From: Fidelibacterota bacterium
Lineage (GTDB): Bacteria; Fidelibacterota; Marinisomatia; Marinisomatales; UBA1611
Assembly (NCBI GenBank): GCA_016784605.1
Contig: JADHUI010000004.1
Location: 7,872-71,871, forward strand
Direction: 5' to 3'
DNA: 64,000 nucleotides
Position 1 is the first letter of the stretch; each line of letters begins with the position of its first letter. A program made the position numbers and the translations under genes. Under the pieces are notes generated by a model. The model had not been told where the DNA came from. It did not search any database and saw only the letters and a list, made by a program, of their open reading frames with translations. Positions 38,300 to 50,411 of this stretch are shown piece by piece.

Positions 38300-39025
38300 T
38301 TGCTTCAAGTAAAAAAAGAAATAACCCTCAATGAGCGAAAGGCGAAGAGTACCGCTTGGGCGCTGACTTTTGCAGATTTGGCGACACTGCTTCTTACATT
38401 TTTTATTATGTTATTAGTAATTTTGAATGATGCAGAAAAACATATTGATCGAGTCATTAATAAGCTTTTAGATGAAACATATGAAGAATTAGCCGAAAAT
38501 GTATCATCATCCTATGTTCAGGTTGATCGAGTTACAAAAGGAATAAAAATTACAATGCGGGGAAAATTATTTAAATCCATGTCGGCTGATGTGGACCCGC
38601 GAGTTTATCCTTTGTTGATTCAAATTGGAGGCATTATCCGAACATCCAAAGTTCTAAATGTATATACTGACGAAGATTATATTAGTTTATTAGATCTGAT
38701 AGAAAAACGGGATGAATTATTAAATGTAGAAATTAGATGCGAAGGGCATACAGATGATTTACCTCTTCCAAAGCGGGCAGATTACCCAAGTAATTGGGAA
38801 TTATCTTCGGCCCGATCATTAAACTTAGTTCGCTTATTAAGTAAATATGCTCAGTTAGATGAAAAATTCTTTTCCGCAATGGGGTATGGAGAATTCCGAC
38901 CCATTGTTGAAACGGCGGGTATTAAAAATAACGTGGCGCTGAGAGACGCTAGAGGCAAAAACCGTCGAGTAGAAATATATTTAGACGCTTTCATCAAAGA
39001 AAAAATTAATGGAGATAACTTATAA
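38300..39025 (+). CDS. motB: MotB/OmpA-family stator subunit
   Basis: TTG start 9 nt after the motA stop. TM helix with conserved Asp (AWALTFADLATLLLTFFIML). OmpA-like peptidoglycan-binding domain (CEGHTDDLPL, NWELSSARSLNLVRLL, NRRVEIYL). Confidence 0.7.
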   Translation: MLQVKKEITLNERKAKSTAWALTFADLATLLLTFFIMLLVILNDAEKHIDRVINKLLDETYEELAENVSSSYVQVDRVTKGIKITMRGKLFKSMSADVDPRVYPLLIQIGGIIRTSKVLNVYTDEDYISLLDLIEKRDELLNVEIRCEGHTDDLPLPKRADYPSNWELSSARSLNLVRLLSKYAQLDEKFFSAMGYGEFRPIVETAGIKNNVALRDARGKNRRVEIYLDAFIKEKINGDNL

Positions 39026-39606
39026 TGCAAACGATGCGATGGGCGTTTATTCTAATTACAGGCAGTGTTTTGCTCGGACAAACAACGACCCTAAAATCCA
39101 GTACAGATATTTTTATTAAAGCGAATGAAAAATCATCCATAGGATCTTTGTCGAGCGGGACTCAAATAACGAAATTAAAATTAGATAAATCCGGTAAATA
39201 TGTAAAAGCAACTATTGAATTTTATATCCCAGTTAATGCTTTGAAAGATGGGCGTGTTTCACTTCCTGTCGGCACTGAACAAATCGCGGAAGGGGTAAAA
39301 TATAAATTAATAAGCGCTAAACAAATTGGCAATCAAGTTAGATTGAAGATGAAGGTAACCAATTCAACGAAAAAGTCATTTGATTTTTCTGCCATGACTC
39401 AAATTAAATTAATTGCAACTGGAAATAATAAAGCTGAATTAAATCCATTTGAAGGAAAAAATACTGTTTCGTTTGGGATGACAAAAAATAAATCTGTTAT
39501 TGCGGATTTAGTTTATGATTTTAAAAAGGCGCCAAAGGATGTAGAAATGATTTGCTCTCCTAAAATGAGAGGTGGAGAGAAAATATTTTATCAATTAGGG
39601 TTTTAA
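39025..39606 (+). CDS. Secreted hypothetical protein coupled to motB
   Basis: The ATG overlaps the motB stop (TAATG). Signal MRWAFILITGSVLLG. Beta-rich. No motif recognised. Confidence 0.5.
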   Translation: MQTMRWAFILITGSVLLGQTTTLKSSTDIFIKANEKSSIGSLSSGTQITKLKLDKSGKYVKATIEFYIPVNALKDGRVSLPVGTEQIAEGVKYKLISAKQIGNQVRLKMKVTNSTKKSFDFSAMTQIKLIATGNNKAELNPFEGKNTVSFGMTKNKSVIADLVYDFKKAPKDVEMICSPKMRGGEKIFYQLGF

Positions 39607-39827
39607 ATTTTTTACAATGAATTCGGTATTAAGTTGGTGACGGCTCAATACATCCAAAATTCAATTCACCTTATATTTCAAATTCTATCATCTTTCTTAT
39701 AATATAATTTTCTGATTTAACAATCCCCGTTTAGTTATGTTTAAGAATAAAGGTTAAATATTATACAAATGTTTATCTGTTCACTCATCGAAAAAACGTA
39801 ACTTTAGGGTCGATCTAATTGAAAAAC

Positions 39828-42671
39828 ATGAGCACTCTAAACGACAAAATTATTATTAAAGGCGCCCGCCAACATAACTTAAAAAACATCAATGTTGAAA
39901 TTCCTCGGGATAAGTTAGTTGTCATTACAGGGTTATCAGGATCAGGGAAATCATCCTTAGCTTTTGACACTATTTATGCAGAAGGTCAGCGTCGATATGT
40001 GGAATCACTATCATCTTACGCGCGTCAATTTCTAGGTCTAATGGAAAAGCCGGATATGGATACCATAGAAGGTTTATCCCCCGCAATTTCTATCGAACAA
40101 AAAGCTACGGCTCGCAATCCGCGATCAACGGTAGGCACTGTAACAGAAATCCACGACTATCTTCGACTACTTTATGCTCATATAGGGATTCCCCACTGTT
40201 GGAAATGCGGAAAACCCATACAAAAGCAAACAGTTCAGCAGATTGTTGATACCGTTTCTAAATTTCCCAAAAATACAAAACTACATATTCTTGCGCCGTT
40301 AGTTCGCGGAAGAAAAGGGGAGCACAAAGGAGTTATTGATGAAGTACGTAGAGAGGGGTTTCTGCGTGTTCGTATTGATGGCGATGTGTATTCTATAGAC
40401 GATAAAATTATTCTTAATAAAAATAAAAAACATACCATAGAAGTAGTGGTAGATCGCATTCAAATTAAGGATAAAATACAAGATCGATTAACGGAGTCAG
40501 TTGAACTCGCTCTTAAAATTGGAAGCGGTCTTATTGTGGTGAATGAATTGCCAAATAAAGAACATATTTTTAGTGAACATTTTGCTTGCCCAGACTGTGA
40601 AGTGAGTATGGAAGAAATGGTTCCGAGGATGTTTTCATTTAATTCGCCCTATGGAGCATGCCCTAAATGTGATGGACTTGGATCTCATATGGAAGTAGAT
40701 CCCGAGCTCATTGTTCCAGATAAAACTAAATCATTGATTCAGGGAAGCATTACCCCGTTAGGCGAACAGCCTCGCGGAAACTGGTATGGAAGTATTTTAA
40801 AAAGTTTAGCTAAACATTATGAATTTAAGTTTACGACACCGTGGATAAAACTAGATCCAGCTGTGAGGCAAATACTTCTTTTTGGAACAGGGAAAGAAAA
40901 ATTTAAAATGTCTTATTCATCAGAAAGATGGTCCGGTACATATACGGGCGGTTGGGAAGGAGCAATCCCAAATTTAATTCGGCGATATAAACAAACAAAA
41001 TCTGCCGGAATCAGAGAATGGATAGAGCAATTTATGAGTATGCGTCCTTGTTCTCAATGTAAAGGCAGTCGATTAAAAAAAGAATCTCTAGGCGTAAAGG
41101 TTAATGATGTTACTTTGGGTGAATTATCTTCAAAGTCGATAAAGGATATTCACGCATTTTTTGAAAATATTAAGCTATCAAAAATGCATCAAACTATTTC
41201 AGATCAAATTATAAAAGAGCTAAAACAGCGGTTGGGTTTTTTGGTAAATGTTGGACTAAATTATTTAACATTAGATCGTTCAGCAACAACTTTATCAGGC
41301 GGGGAAGCACAGCGCATTCGGTTGGCAACTCAAATTGGCTCTCAACTTATGGGCGTATTATATATTTTAGACGAACCATCAATCGGTCTTCATCCTAGAG
41401 ACAATAACCGTCTATTAAATACGTTAAAAACATTAAGAGATATTGGCAATTCCATTTTAGTTGTAGAGCACGATGAAGAAACAATGTTGGAAGCTGATCA
41501 TGTAATTGATTTAGGCCCAGGCGCTGGAATTTATGGAGGTGAAATTACATTTGAAGGCTCCCCCACTGAATTACTAAAAAGCAACAAATCTCTTACGGGA
41601 AAATATTTATCAAGGAAAAAGAAAATCCCCATTCCGGCAAAAAGAAGAAGCAGCGAATCGTATTACTTATCATTAAAAGGGGCTACAGGAAATAACCTAA
41701 AAAAAATAGATGTAAAATTTCCCTTAAGCCGGTTTGTGGTTATTACAGGTGTTTCCGGAAGCGGGAAAAGCACATTAGTTAATGAAACTCTTTATCCGGC
41801 TTTAGCTAAACATATTACAAATTCACGCCAATACCCTCTTCCGTATGAGTCTATTGATGGAATAAAATTTATTGATAAAGTGGTTGATATTGATCAAAGA
41901 CCAATTGGACGAACACCTCGATCAAATCCTGCTACTTATACGGGTCTATTCACTCATATTCGAGACTTATTTGCCAAGTTACCCGAAGCTAAAATTCGTG
42001 GGTATAAACCGGGACGATTTTCCTTTAATGTTAAAGGAGGGCGTTGTGCTTCTTGTGAAGGTGATGGTATTATAAAAATCGAAATGAATTTCCTTCCAGA
42101 TGTTTATGTAACATGTGAAGTATGTAGCGGAAAAAGATATAATCGCGAAACATTGGAAATAAAATACAGAGGAAAATCTATTGCTGAAGTATTAGAAATG
42201 TCTGTTTCGGAGGCTTTAGATTTTTTTGAACATATACCCCCAATTAAGAAAAAGCTAACAACATTAAATGAGGTTGGTTTGGGTTATATCCATTTAGGGC
42301 AACAAGCAACAACCTTATCCGGCGGGGAAGCGCAACGCGTAAAGTTGGCGACAGAATTATCCAAAACGAGCACTACTAAAACATTTTATATATTAGATGA
42401 GCCAACAACCGGTCTTCATTTTGAAGATATTCGAATGCTTCTTAATGTATTGCAAAAATTAGTTGATAGAGGAAATACCGTTGTCGTGATTGAACATAAT
42501 TTAGATGTAATAAAAACAGCTGATTGGGTAATTGATCTCGGACCTGAAGGGGGTGATGAAGGCGGTACAGTTTTAGCAGAAGGAACACCCGAACAGGTAT
42601 CAAGAGTAAAAGGTTCTTATACTGGGTATTACTTAAATAAGTTATTAAAAGAAAAAGGAAAAAAGCGATGA
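39828..42671 (+). CDS. uvrA: Excinuclease ABC subunit A
   Basis: [12 protein letters not shown], Walker [11 protein letters not shown] and [10 protein letters not shown], two LSGGEAQR signatures, zinc-finger Cys pairs. ATG at 39828 (ORF-track TTG at 39819 is possible). Confidence 0.95.
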   Translation: MSTLNDKIIIKGARQHNLKNINVEIPRDKLVVITGLSGSGKSSLAFDTIYAEGQRRYVESLSSYARQFLGLMEKPDMDTIEGLSPAISIEQKATARNPRSTVGTVTEIHDYLRLLYAHIGIPHCWKCGKPIQKQTVQQIVDTVSKFPKNTKLHILAPLVRGRKGEHKGVIDEVRREGFLRVRIDGDVYSIDDKIILNKNKKHTIEVVVDRIQIKDKIQDRLTESVELALKIGSGLIVVNELPNKEHIFSEHFACPDCEVSMEEMVPRMFSFNSPYGACPKCDGLGSHMEVDPELIVPDKTKSLIQGSITPLGEQPRGNWYGSILKSLAKHYEFKFTTPWIKLDPAVRQILLFGTGKEKFKMSYSSERWSGTYTGGWEGAIPNLIRRYKQTKSAGIREWIEQFMSMRPCSQCKGSRLKKESLGVKVNDVTLGELSSKSIKDIHAFFENIKLSKMHQTISDQIIKELKQRLGFLVNVGLNYLTLDRSATTLSGGEAQRIRLATQIGSQLMGVLYILDEPSIGLHPRDNNRLLNTLKTLRDIGNSILVVEHDEETMLEADHVIDLGPGAGIYGGEITFEGSPTELLKSNKSLTGKYLSRKKKIPIPAKRRSSESYYLSLKGATGNNLKKIDVKFPLSRFVVITGVSGSGKSTLVNETLYPALAKHITNSRQYPLPYESIDGIKFIDKVVDIDQRPIGRTPRSNPATYTGLFTHIRDLFAKLPEAKIRGYKPGRFSFNVKGGRCASCEGDGIIKIEMNFLPDVYVTCEVCSGKRYNRETLEIKYRGKSIAEVLEMSVSEALDFFEHIPPIKKKLTTLNEVGLGYIHLGQQATTLSGGEAQRVKLATELSKTSTTKTFYILDEPTTGLHFEDIRMLLNVLQKLVDRGNTVVVIEHNLDVIKTADWVIDLGPEGGDEGGTVLAEGTPEQVSRVKGSYTGYYLNKLLKEKGKKR

Positions 42672-44977
42672 AAACGCTCAAGGAATTAAAACCGGATTTT
42701 AAATACTGGGAATCAATCAAAGATATGATTGATCAACATATTGATGTAATGTTAAACCTAAGTCAGAGTGGCCACCCTGGTGGTAGTCGCTCAAAAGTTT
42801 ACGCATTGGTTTCAACTTTATTATCTGGAGCAATGTCATGGGATATTAGGAATCCCAGTAAAAGATTTGGCGATCGATTTATATTAAGCGCAGGCCACGC
42901 AAATCCGGTAGTATATGCTACCCTAGCCGTTTTCAATGAAGCTTTACGTCGGAAATATAAACAAACAGGTAATGATAAATACCTAAATCCTATGGGAGAT
43001 GATTTCACGCTTACTTGGGAAGATGTATTAACATTACGTCGCCGAGGTGGGCTTCCAGGACATGCGGAAATGGAGGGAAAAACATTATTTTTTAAATCGA
43101 ATACAGGGCCAAGTGGACACGGTTTCCCTATCGCTGCTGGGCAAGCATTTGCTTTGAAATATGCCGGGTTGAACCAAGTAAAAGTATTTACAATTGAAGG
43201 AGAAGGCGGTTTAACACCTGGCGTAATACATGAAACAAAAAACTCAGCTTACGGATTGGGGCTAGGCAATTTTATTACCCTCGTAGATTGGAATGATTTT
43301 GGGATTGACGGACGTCCTTTTAGCGATGTTATGGCAGGCACGCCTCGAGATTGGTTTGAGCCGTATGGCTGGGCTGTTGAAGGCGTTGAAGATGGTGAAA
43401 ATTGGGAAGAATTAATGGATGCTTATTGCCGATTAATGGATAACGATAATCCACACCAACCTAAAATGATATATATGAAAATGAGAAAAGGCCGAGGATA
43501 TGGAAAATTTGATGCACCGAGTCACGGTGCGCCACATAAACGAAATTCATCAGAGTTTTGGCAAACGAAACAAGATTATTCAAGTAAATATGGAATTGAT
43601 ATTCCTCATTTAGGTGATACATCTGAAGTGGACTATGACACGAATAAAAGCCAAATGGCTGATGTGCTAGAATCTGTATTATCTTTATTTGATCAGCAAG
43701 AAGGATTGTTAGATTATTTAGCAGATCGTTTAATTGAATTAGGTGATAATGTAGAAACAGATGATGGAAATAAATTCAAGGAAAATCCACTAAATGACCC
43801 AGTATTGTTTGATTTTAAAAATTATCCATTCTATAAAAAACCCGGCGAAAATGCACCAAATCGTGCAGGGTTTGGCGATTTTGGTTCTTGGATAAATTCT
43901 TATTCACAGGAGAAGTATGGGCGACCTTTATTTCTGGTTAATTCAGCGGATTTGGCTGGCTCAACTAATATAGCCGGTTTTGCAAAAGGATATGGTGGTT
44001 CTCCTGATTCTGGTATGTATCATCGCGATAACAATCCACAAGGTTCTCTGATGCCTCAAGGGATTACAGAATTTGCGAATGCGGGTATTAATGTTGGAGT
44101 CAGTTCAGTGAACTTTTCTGAAAATGGATTCGAAGATTTTAATGGTTTCTTTACCGCATCCAGTACGTATGGTTCATTTTCATATTTAAAGTACGGAGCA
44201 TATCGTTTATTCAGTCAAGTGGCTCAAGATTCCCAACTTAAGGTAGGAAAAACAATTTGGGTTGCGGGGCACAGTGGGCCCGAAACAGCGGAGGATAGTC
44301 GGACACATTTTGGGATTTTTTCTCCCGGAGTAACGCAACTATTTCCTAAAGGACATATTCTTAATTTGCATCCATATGAATACAATGAAGTTCCAGTAAT
44401 GCTGGGGGCAGCATTAGCCTCTGATATTCCAATTATTGCACTTCATCTAACGCGTCCAGGCGTGGAAATACCCGATAGGGAAGCTTTAGGTATGGCAAGT
44501 CATTTTGACGCAGCAAAAGGTGCATATATTATTCGAAATTATGATAGTAATCGCCCAAAAGACGGTGTTGTTTTTATTCGCGGAACAAAAGCCATTGATG
44601 AATTATTAACTTTGTTACCTCAATTTGATCAAGACGGACCTAACGTCAAAATTGTTGCAGTTTTGTCTTATGGATTATTTAAAATGCAACCAGATGAATA
44701 TCAGCAAACAATTATTTCAAACTCTGAATGGGTGGATGCAATGATAGTTACAAATACAAGTATAGCTAATATGGGTAATTGGGCAAAATATCCCATTGTA
44801 AAAGAATATTCCGTATCGGCGGATTGGGATGATCGTTGGCGTTCAGGAGGTACGTTGGATGAGGTGATTGATGAGGCTCATTTATCGGCAGAGTGGCAAT
44901 GGGAAGCGATTACTCGATTTGCAAATAAGCGAATAACCCGTTTAGAAAAAGCTAAATCCGTTTTTAATCAATCCTAA
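42668..44977 (+). CDS. Transketolase-family thiamine-diphosphate enzyme, atypically long (769 aa) and divergent
   Basis: SQSGHPGGS and [16 protein letters not shown] (transketolase N-terminal His motifs). TPP/Mg motif written as [15 protein letters not shown]...[11 protein letters not shown]. 4-nt overlap with uvrA. Confidence 0.6.
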   Translation: MKTLKELKPDFKYWESIKDMIDQHIDVMLNLSQSGHPGGSRSKVYALVSTLLSGAMSWDIRNPSKRFGDRFILSAGHANPVVYATLAVFNEALRRKYKQTGNDKYLNPMGDDFTLTWEDVLTLRRRGGLPGHAEMEGKTLFFKSNTGPSGHGFPIAAGQAFALKYAGLNQVKVFTIEGEGGLTPGVIHETKNSAYGLGLGNFITLVDWNDFGIDGRPFSDVMAGTPRDWFEPYGWAVEGVEDGENWEELMDAYCRLMDNDNPHQPKMIYMKMRKGRGYGKFDAPSHGAPHKRNSSEFWQTKQDYSSKYGIDIPHLGDTSEVDYDTNKSQMADVLESVLSLFDQQEGLLDYLADRLIELGDNVETDDGNKFKENPLNDPVLFDFKNYPFYKKPGENAPNRAGFGDFGSWINSYSQEKYGRPLFLVNSADLAGSTNIAGFAKGYGGSPDSGMYHRDNNPQGSLMPQGITEFANAGINVGVSSVNFSENGFEDFNGFFTASSTYGSFSYLKYGAYRLFSQVAQDSQLKVGKTIWVAGHSGPETAEDSRTHFGIFSPGVTQLFPKGHILNLHPYEYNEVPVMLGAALASDIPIIALHLTRPGVEIPDREALGMASHFDAAKGAYIIRNYDSNRPKDGVVFIRGTKAIDELLTLLPQFDQDGPNVKIVAVLSYGLFKMQPDEYQQTIISNSEWVDAMIVTNTSIANMGNWAKYPIVKEYSVSADWDDRWRSGGTLDEVIDEAHLSAEWQWEAITRFANKRITRLEKAKSVFNQS

Positions 44978-45040
44978 TATTTTATTGATGAACTCGTTGG
45001 TTTAATATTAAGTCAACTCACAACATTGAGAAGTAATAAT

Positions 45041-46195
45041 ATGAATGATAAAAATAAACATATTGATACAAAATTGATTCATAGTGGCGAACCAAGCCCA
45101 AAGGTTTTGGGTTCTGTCAGTATGCCTATTTTTCAATCTTCTACATTTGAATCTGCGGGTGAAGTTGATTATCACGATGTTCGATATATCCGGTTAAACA
45201 ATACGCCAAACCATATTGCTTTACATGAAAAATTGGCGGCCATTGAAAATGCAGAAGACGCTTTAGTTACCGGAAGCGGTATGGCGGCGATTTCTACAAC
45301 TTTATTTTCGCTATTATCTCAAGGTGATCATTTTTTAGCGCAAGATTGTTTATATGGAGGAACGCATACATTGATGAATCAAGATTTCCCAAAAAGGGGA
45401 ATTTCATTTGATTTTATTGATGGGAACAAACCTGAAACTTGGGAAAATAAAATTAACAAACATACCCGGTTAATCTATGTGGAAACCATGTCAAATCCAC
45501 TCCTTCAAGTTGCCGATTTAAAAGCGATTGTTGACTGCGCGCAAAAACATAATCTTTTAACCGTGATAGATAATACGTTTGCAAGCCCCATAAATTTCAG
45601 GCCCACTGAGTTAGGCTTTGATTTATCTTTGCATAGTGGTTCTAAATATTTAAATGGACATACAGATATTGTTTCTGGAGCAATCATTGGAAAAAAAGAT
45701 TTGATCGAAACAATAAAACATCATTTGGATCATTTTGGCGGAAGTTTGGATCCTCATGCATGTTTTTTATTACATCGAGGATTAAAAACACTTTCGTTGC
45801 GAGTTGAGCGGCAAAATGAAAATGCGCTTAATATTGCAAACTATTTTGAATCTCATTCAAAAATTAAACAAGTGAATTACCCCGGGTTAGAATCACACCC
45901 AAACTACAATAGAACATCTTCATTGTTTGATGGGTTTGGAGGAATGATGAGTTTTGTTCTAAAAGGCAATGTTGAAGATGCAGATCGGTTTATATCTCGG
46001 TTATCTTTGCCGACAGAGGCACCGAGTTTAGGGGGGATAGAAACATTAATTACACGCCCAGCTATTACTTCACATGCGGGTATGTCCAAAGATGAAAGAG
46101 AATCTTTAGGCATTAGCGAAACGTTAGTCCGTCTTTCTGTTGGTATTGAGTTTTACCAGGATTTAATAGATGATTTTGATCAGGCATTATCCTAA
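45041..46195 (+). CDS. Cys/Met-metabolism PLP-dependent enzyme (cystathionine gamma-synthase / beta-lyase / methionine gamma-lyase family)
   Basis: TKLIHSG, SSTFE, VTGSGMAAI, YGGT, PLP-lysine region HSGSKYLNGHTD, SLGGIETL. ATG at 45041 (ORF-track TTG at 45026). Confidence 0.85.
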   Translation: MNDKNKHIDTKLIHSGEPSPKVLGSVSMPIFQSSTFESAGEVDYHDVRYIRLNNTPNHIALHEKLAAIENAEDALVTGSGMAAISTTLFSLLSQGDHFLAQDCLYGGTHTLMNQDFPKRGISFDFIDGNKPETWENKINKHTRLIYVETMSNPLLQVADLKAIVDCAQKHNLLTVIDNTFASPINFRPTELGFDLSLHSGSKYLNGHTDIVSGAIIGKKDLIETIKHHLDHFGGSLDPHACFLLHRGLKTLSLRVERQNENALNIANYFESHSKIKQVNYPGLESHPNYNRTSSLFDGFGGMMSFVLKGNVEDADRFISRLSLPTEAPSLGGIETLITRPAITSHAGMSKDERESLGISETLVRLSVGIEFYQDLIDDFDQALS

Positions 46196-46296
46196 ATATC
46201 GATTATTAAATTTATTTTAATCCCACCCTTGACAACCCCCTTCCTCAATTTTGTATCTTCGGGACTAGATTTTGACTGATTATTGATTGTTTCATT

Positions 46297-47319
46297 ATGA
46301 CAGAAATACATATTACAGACCCAACACCCTTTGAAGATGATCTTGTTGTAGAGAAATCCCTCCGACCTTCTTGTTTTGATGAATTTATCGGACAAAAGGA
46401 TTTAGTGGATAATCTTAAGTTATATATTGAAGCAGCCAATAACCGCGGCGATGCATTAGATCATGTTCTTTTGTTTGGGCCTCCAGGGCTAGGGAAAACA
46501 ACATTAGCTAATATTATATCAAAAGAATTGAATACCAATATTAAACAAGCATCTGGACCTGTATTAGAGCGTGCGGGTGATTTAGCGGGTATGATTACCA
46601 ATCTTGGGCATAGAGATGTTTTTTTTATTGATGAAATTCACCGACTCAATAGCGTTGTTGAAGAATATTTATATTCTGCTATGGAAGATTTTTCAATTGA
46701 TATTATGATTGATAAAGGACCGAGCGCCCGAAGTGTACAATTAAGCGTTGAACCATTTACCCTGATTGGGGCTACAACGCGTTTGGGTAACTTAACATCT
46801 CCATTACGTGACAGATTTGGTGTCGTATTGCGGGTGAATTATTATGAACCGGAAGATTTATTTCATATTATTAATCGATCAGCGGATATATTGGAAGTTG
46901 AAATTGATGATGATGGAGCTATGGAACTTGCACGAAGAAGTCGAGGAACTCCTCGAGTTGCTAATCGTATTTTAAGGAGAACAAGAGATTTTGCTCAAGT
47001 AAAAGCAAGTGGGAAAATAGATATTTCCGTAGCAAAAGGAGCCTTAGATACATTAGGAATCGATGAAATTGGTCTTGATGATATGGACAGGAAGATTCTT
47101 GAAATACTTATTGATAAATTTAACGGTGGGCCCGTAGGCGTTAAATCATTAGCGGTAGCCATTGGAGAAGATCCAAATACAATAGAAGATGTGTATGAAC
47201 CCTTTTTAATAAAGAATGGGTTTTTGCAAAGAACGCCAAGAGGAAGGTTAGCTCAAGAGTCTGCCTTCAAATTATTAGGAAAAACAATAAAGAAAGAACA
47301 ACAGAGGATATTTGAATGA
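46297..47319 (+). CDS. ruvB: Holliday junction branch migration helicase RuvB
   Basis: [12 protein letters not shown], Walker [37 protein letters not shown]. Confidence 0.95.
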   Translation: MTEIHITDPTPFEDDLVVEKSLRPSCFDEFIGQKDLVDNLKLYIEAANNRGDALDHVLLFGPPGLGKTTLANIISKELNTNIKQASGPVLERAGDLAGMITNLGHRDVFFIDEIHRLNSVVEEYLYSAMEDFSIDIMIDKGPSARSVQLSVEPFTLIGATTRLGNLTSPLRDRFGVVLRVNYYEPEDLFHIINRSADILEVEIDDDGAMELARRSRGTPRVANRILRRTRDFAQVKASGKIDISVAKGALDTLGIDEIGLDDMDRKILEILIDKFNGGPVGVKSLAVAIGEDPNTIEDVYEPFLIKNGFLQRTPRGRLAQESAFKLLGKTIKKEQQRIFE

Positions 47320-48368
47320 TAGAAAAAAAGAAAAAATATAAATTAGCAGATTTTAATTACGCTTTGCCAAAAAAATATATTGCCCAATACCCAGAAACTA
47401 AACGAGATCAGGCAAAAATGATGGTAGTCAATCGAGAAGATAAAACGATTGAGCATAAGAAATTTTCAAACATTGTGGATTATTTGAAAAAAAATGATTT
47501 ATTAATTCTGAATAAAACAAAAGTATTCCCAGCGCGTTTATTTGCAACAAAAGACAGAACAGACGCTAAAGTAGAAGTTTTTCTATTGCGGGAATTATCC
47601 AACGACCTTTGGGAGGTGATGGTAAAACCAGCTAGAAAAGTCCGCATTGGTAATAAATTAATGTTTACTCCAAAAATGCAATGTGATGTTATTGATAATA
47701 CTGTTTCTGGAGGTCGTGTTGTTCGTTTTGAATACGAAGGAGATGATCTTCATAGCATGATTGATAAAATTGGTATTTCGCCCCTTCCGCCATACATAAA
47801 TCGTGATGCTGAATCGTCTGATAAAAAGAGATACCAAACTGTTTACGCAGAAGAACGAGGCGCAGTAGCAGCGCCAACCGCAGGGTTACACTTTACACCG
47901 CCCCTTCTTAAAAAGTTAGAAAAAAAGGGTGTTAAGATAGAATATATAACGCTTCATATTGGACTAGGCACGTTTCGTCCGGTTCAAGTTGAAGATCTAA
48001 ATCGCCACCAAATGGATTCTGAGTATTTTGAAGTTTCTCCGAAAGTAGCATTAGCAATCAATGAAGCTCGTAAGAGGCATAGACGAATTGTGGCTGTTGG
48101 AACTTCTACAGTTCGCGCATTAGAGACTGTAGTTGTTTCTGGGTTTCAAGTTTCGCCAAAGCGTGGCTGGACAGACAAATTCATTTACCCGCCTTATGAT
48201 TTTAAAATGGTCGATAGAATGGTAACCAATTTTCATACACCTAAATCTACTTTAATGATGATGGTTTCTGCGTTTTCGGATCGTAACTTAATGATGAAAG
48301 CTTATCGCGAAGCAAAGAAAAATGATTATCGATTCCTCAGCTATGGGGATTCAATGATAATAATATAG
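47316..48368 (+). CDS. queA: S-adenosylmethionine:tRNA ribosyltransferase-isomerase
   Basis: [46 protein letters not shown]. 4-nt overlap with ruvB. Confidence 0.9.
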   Translation: MIEKKKKYKLADFNYALPKKYIAQYPETKRDQAKMMVVNREDKTIEHKKFSNIVDYLKKNDLLILNKTKVFPARLFATKDRTDAKVEVFLLRELSNDLWEVMVKPARKVRIGNKLMFTPKMQCDVIDNTVSGGRVVRFEYEGDDLHSMIDKIGISPLPPYINRDAESSDKKRYQTVYAEERGAVAAPTAGLHFTPPLLKKLEKKGVKIEYITLHIGLGTFRPVQVEDLNRHQMDSEYFEVSPKVALAINEARKRHRRIVAVGTSTVRALETVVVSGFQVSPKRGWTDKFIYPPYDFKMVDRMVTNFHTPKSTLMMMVSAFSDRNLMMKAYREAKKNDYRFLSYGDSMIII

Positions 48369-48370
48369 TT

Positions 48371-49072
48371 GTGAATCAATCTCCGTTTAAAGTAAGCGCC
48401 ATTATTCCAGCGGCTGGAAGCGGTTCGCGATTTGGAGAGGCTAAACAGTTTAAATTGTTTGGGAGCCGCCCACTTCTATATTACACAATTCGTCCCTTTA
48501 TCGATTCGGAGTGGATTGACGAAACGATTTTTGTTGTCCCTAAAAAAGATATAGATCAAGTGAATCGTGAAGTTGTTTCCTTGTTTTCAACTCAAAAAAT
48601 CAAAATTGTTGAGGGAGGAATATTGAGGCAGGATTCGGTAATAAATGGAATAAATGCATCATCAACAGAATCTGAGTGTGTGTGCATTCACGACGCAGCT
48701 CGACCATTTGTTACAGATGAAATGATTCAAAAAAGTATTGAAAAATGCACTGTATTGGATGGTGCCATTATAGCGACTCCCGTAAGAGATACGCTTAAAG
48801 AATCAGATGGATCTACAATTCAATCAACCATTGATCGAACGATTATGTGGCAGGCTCAAACACCTCAAACTTTTCACAAGGACAGGTTAATGCAAGCCTT
48901 TGACCTAGCCCAAAAGGAAAATTTTATCGGAACGGACGAATCTTCTATTATGGAGAATGCAGGATTTACAATTGGAATAATTGAGGGGTCACCCCGTAAT
49001 ATGAAAATCACCACCCAAGAAGATTGGGAATTAGCTATTCATATTATAGCGATAAGGAATCAGAATGATTAG
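48371..49072 (+). CDS. ispD: 2-C-methyl-D-erythritol 4-phosphate cytidylyltransferase
   Basis: GTG start. IIPAAGSGSRFG, VCIHDAARPF, QTPQTF. Confidence 0.85.
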   Translation: MNQSPFKVSAIIPAAGSGSRFGEAKQFKLFGSRPLLYYTIRPFIDSEWIDETIFVVPKKDIDQVNREVVSLFSTQKIKIVEGGILRQDSVINGINASSTESECVCIHDAARPFVTDEMIQKSIEKCTVLDGAIIATPVRDTLKESDGSTIQSTIDRTIMWQAQTPQTFHKDRLMQAFDLAQKENFIGTDESSIMENAGFTIGIIEGSPRNMKITTQEDWELAIHIIAIRNQND

Positions 49073-49541
49073 AACAGGTATAGGGTATGATGCCCACCAA
49101 TTAGCTATTGGCGAAAAACTTATTATAGGTGGCGTTGAAATACCAAGTCAAAACGGATCTGTCGGACATTCAGATGGCGATGCGCTTATTCATGCAATTG
49201 TAGATGCCTTATTGGGGGCAGCGTCTTTAGGAGATATTGGGCAGTTTTTTCCTAGCGATGATACTGCATGGAAAGGGATGGCAAGTAGTCATTTTTTAAC
49301 AGAAACGGCTCACAGAATTAATGATGCTGGTTTTGATATAAATCATATCGATAGTGTTATTATTTTGCAACAACCGAAAATTTCTGGTTTTATAGCTGAA
49401 ATGAAATACAAATTATCTTATATCCTTCAGGTGGATGAAAATCAAATGTCGATAAAAGCAACAACTACAGATCATTTGGGATATATTGGTGAAGGAAAAG
49501 GTTGGGCTGTCCAAAGTATTGCCACACTATCATCCCGTTGA
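49065..49541 (+). CDS. ispF: 2-C-methyl-D-erythritol 2,4-cyclodiphosphate synthase
   Basis: RTGIGYDAHQL, GHSDGDALIHAIVDALLGA. 8-nt overlap with ispD. Confidence 0.9.
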   Translation: MIRTGIGYDAHQLAIGEKLIIGGVEIPSQNGSVGHSDGDALIHAIVDALLGAASLGDIGQFFPSDDTAWKGMASSHFLTETAHRINDAGFDINHIDSVIILQQPKISGFIAEMKYKLSYILQVDENQMSIKATTTDHLGYIGEGKGWAVQSIATLSSR

Positions 49542-50392
49542 ATAAAACACTCACTTTAAAATCGTACGCTAAAATTAATATTGGCCTCCGGATTGTAGGT
49601 AAACGCCCCGATGGGTATCATAATATTCAGTCCATATTTCAAGAAATATCATTTCATGATTCTATCACTTTAAACCAAACAAACCATGGATGTGAATTTT
49701 CATCTAATGTGGATTGGCTTAAAAACGATAATTCAAATCTGTGCATCCAAGCGTGGAATTTATTCTCCGACTATTATCATATTTCGGAGGGTATTAATAT
49801 TGATTTAAAGAAAAACATACCAGCAGGTGGAGGTCTTGGGGGAGGATCGTCCAATGCGGCGTTTATTTTGAAAGGCTTAAATACTTTATTTGAGACAAAT
49901 GGAAGCGATGATGAATTAATGAATCTCGGAAAAATAATTGGGGCAGATGTCCCCTTTTTTATTCGCGGCGGGACACAATTAGGAGAAGGTATTGGTGAAA
50001 AATTAACGCCTTACAAAACACCCGTTACTGGAACATATTTACTTATAATTCCAAATAGTACAATTGACACAACGCAGGCATATTCAATGCTAAAAAAGCA
50101 CTTGGACAGAGAAAGTGTTCCTCATAATTTCGCCAACCTTTTTCAGGGGGATGAAAGTCCTCTTGAGCTTTTTGAGAATGATTTTGAATTAGTAGTAATT
50201 CCAACATATCCAGAGATTGGTAGAATCAAGAGTATGATTCAAGCTTATGGAGCGAAATATATCAGTCTGTCGGGAAGTGGCTCGACTGTGTTCGGAATAT
50301 TTGACGATGAAGCCGATGCAATAGAAGCGGAGTCAGAAATATCATCCGAATATCGTACCGTTCTTACTTTCCCTATACAAAGAGTGTTGTAA
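49538..50392 (+). CDS. ispE: 4-diphosphocytidyl-2-C-methyl-D-erythritol kinase
   Basis: AKINIGLRIVGKRPDGYHNIQSIF, GHMP-kinase motif PAGGGLGGGSSNAA. The TTG at 49538 overlaps the ispF stop (TTGA). The ORF-track TTG at 49502 adds 12 unlikely residues. Confidence 0.85.
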   Translation: MNKTLTLKSYAKINIGLRIVGKRPDGYHNIQSIFQEISFHDSITLNQTNHGCEFSSNVDWLKNDNSNLCIQAWNLFSDYYHISEGINIDLKKNIPAGGGLGGGSSNAAFILKGLNTLFETNGSDDELMNLGKIIGADVPFFIRGGTQLGEGIGEKLTPYKTPVTGTYLLIIPNSTIDTTQAYSMLKKHLDRESVPHNFANLFQGDESPLELFENDFELVVIPTYPEIGRIKSMIQAYGAKYISLSGSGSTVFGIFDDEADAIEAESEISSEYRTVLTFPIQRVL

Positions 50393-50411
50393 TCTAACCC
50401 AAATAATTTAT

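Noticed and set aside
39607-39827. Looked for an SOS (LexA) box upstream of uvrA. Noted CTGTTCAC and another TATACAAAT.
   Set aside because: There is no CTGT-N8-ACAG, GAAC-N4-GTTC or other dyad. The TACAAAT match lacks the TTGTA half-site.
46229-46259. Sigma-70-like TTGACA at 46229..46234 with TATCTT 19 nt downstream, upstream of ruvB.
   Set aside because: The spacing is suboptimal and the -10 is weak. FCB-type bacteria often use different promoter consensus elements. I cannot support a promoter call without transcript data.
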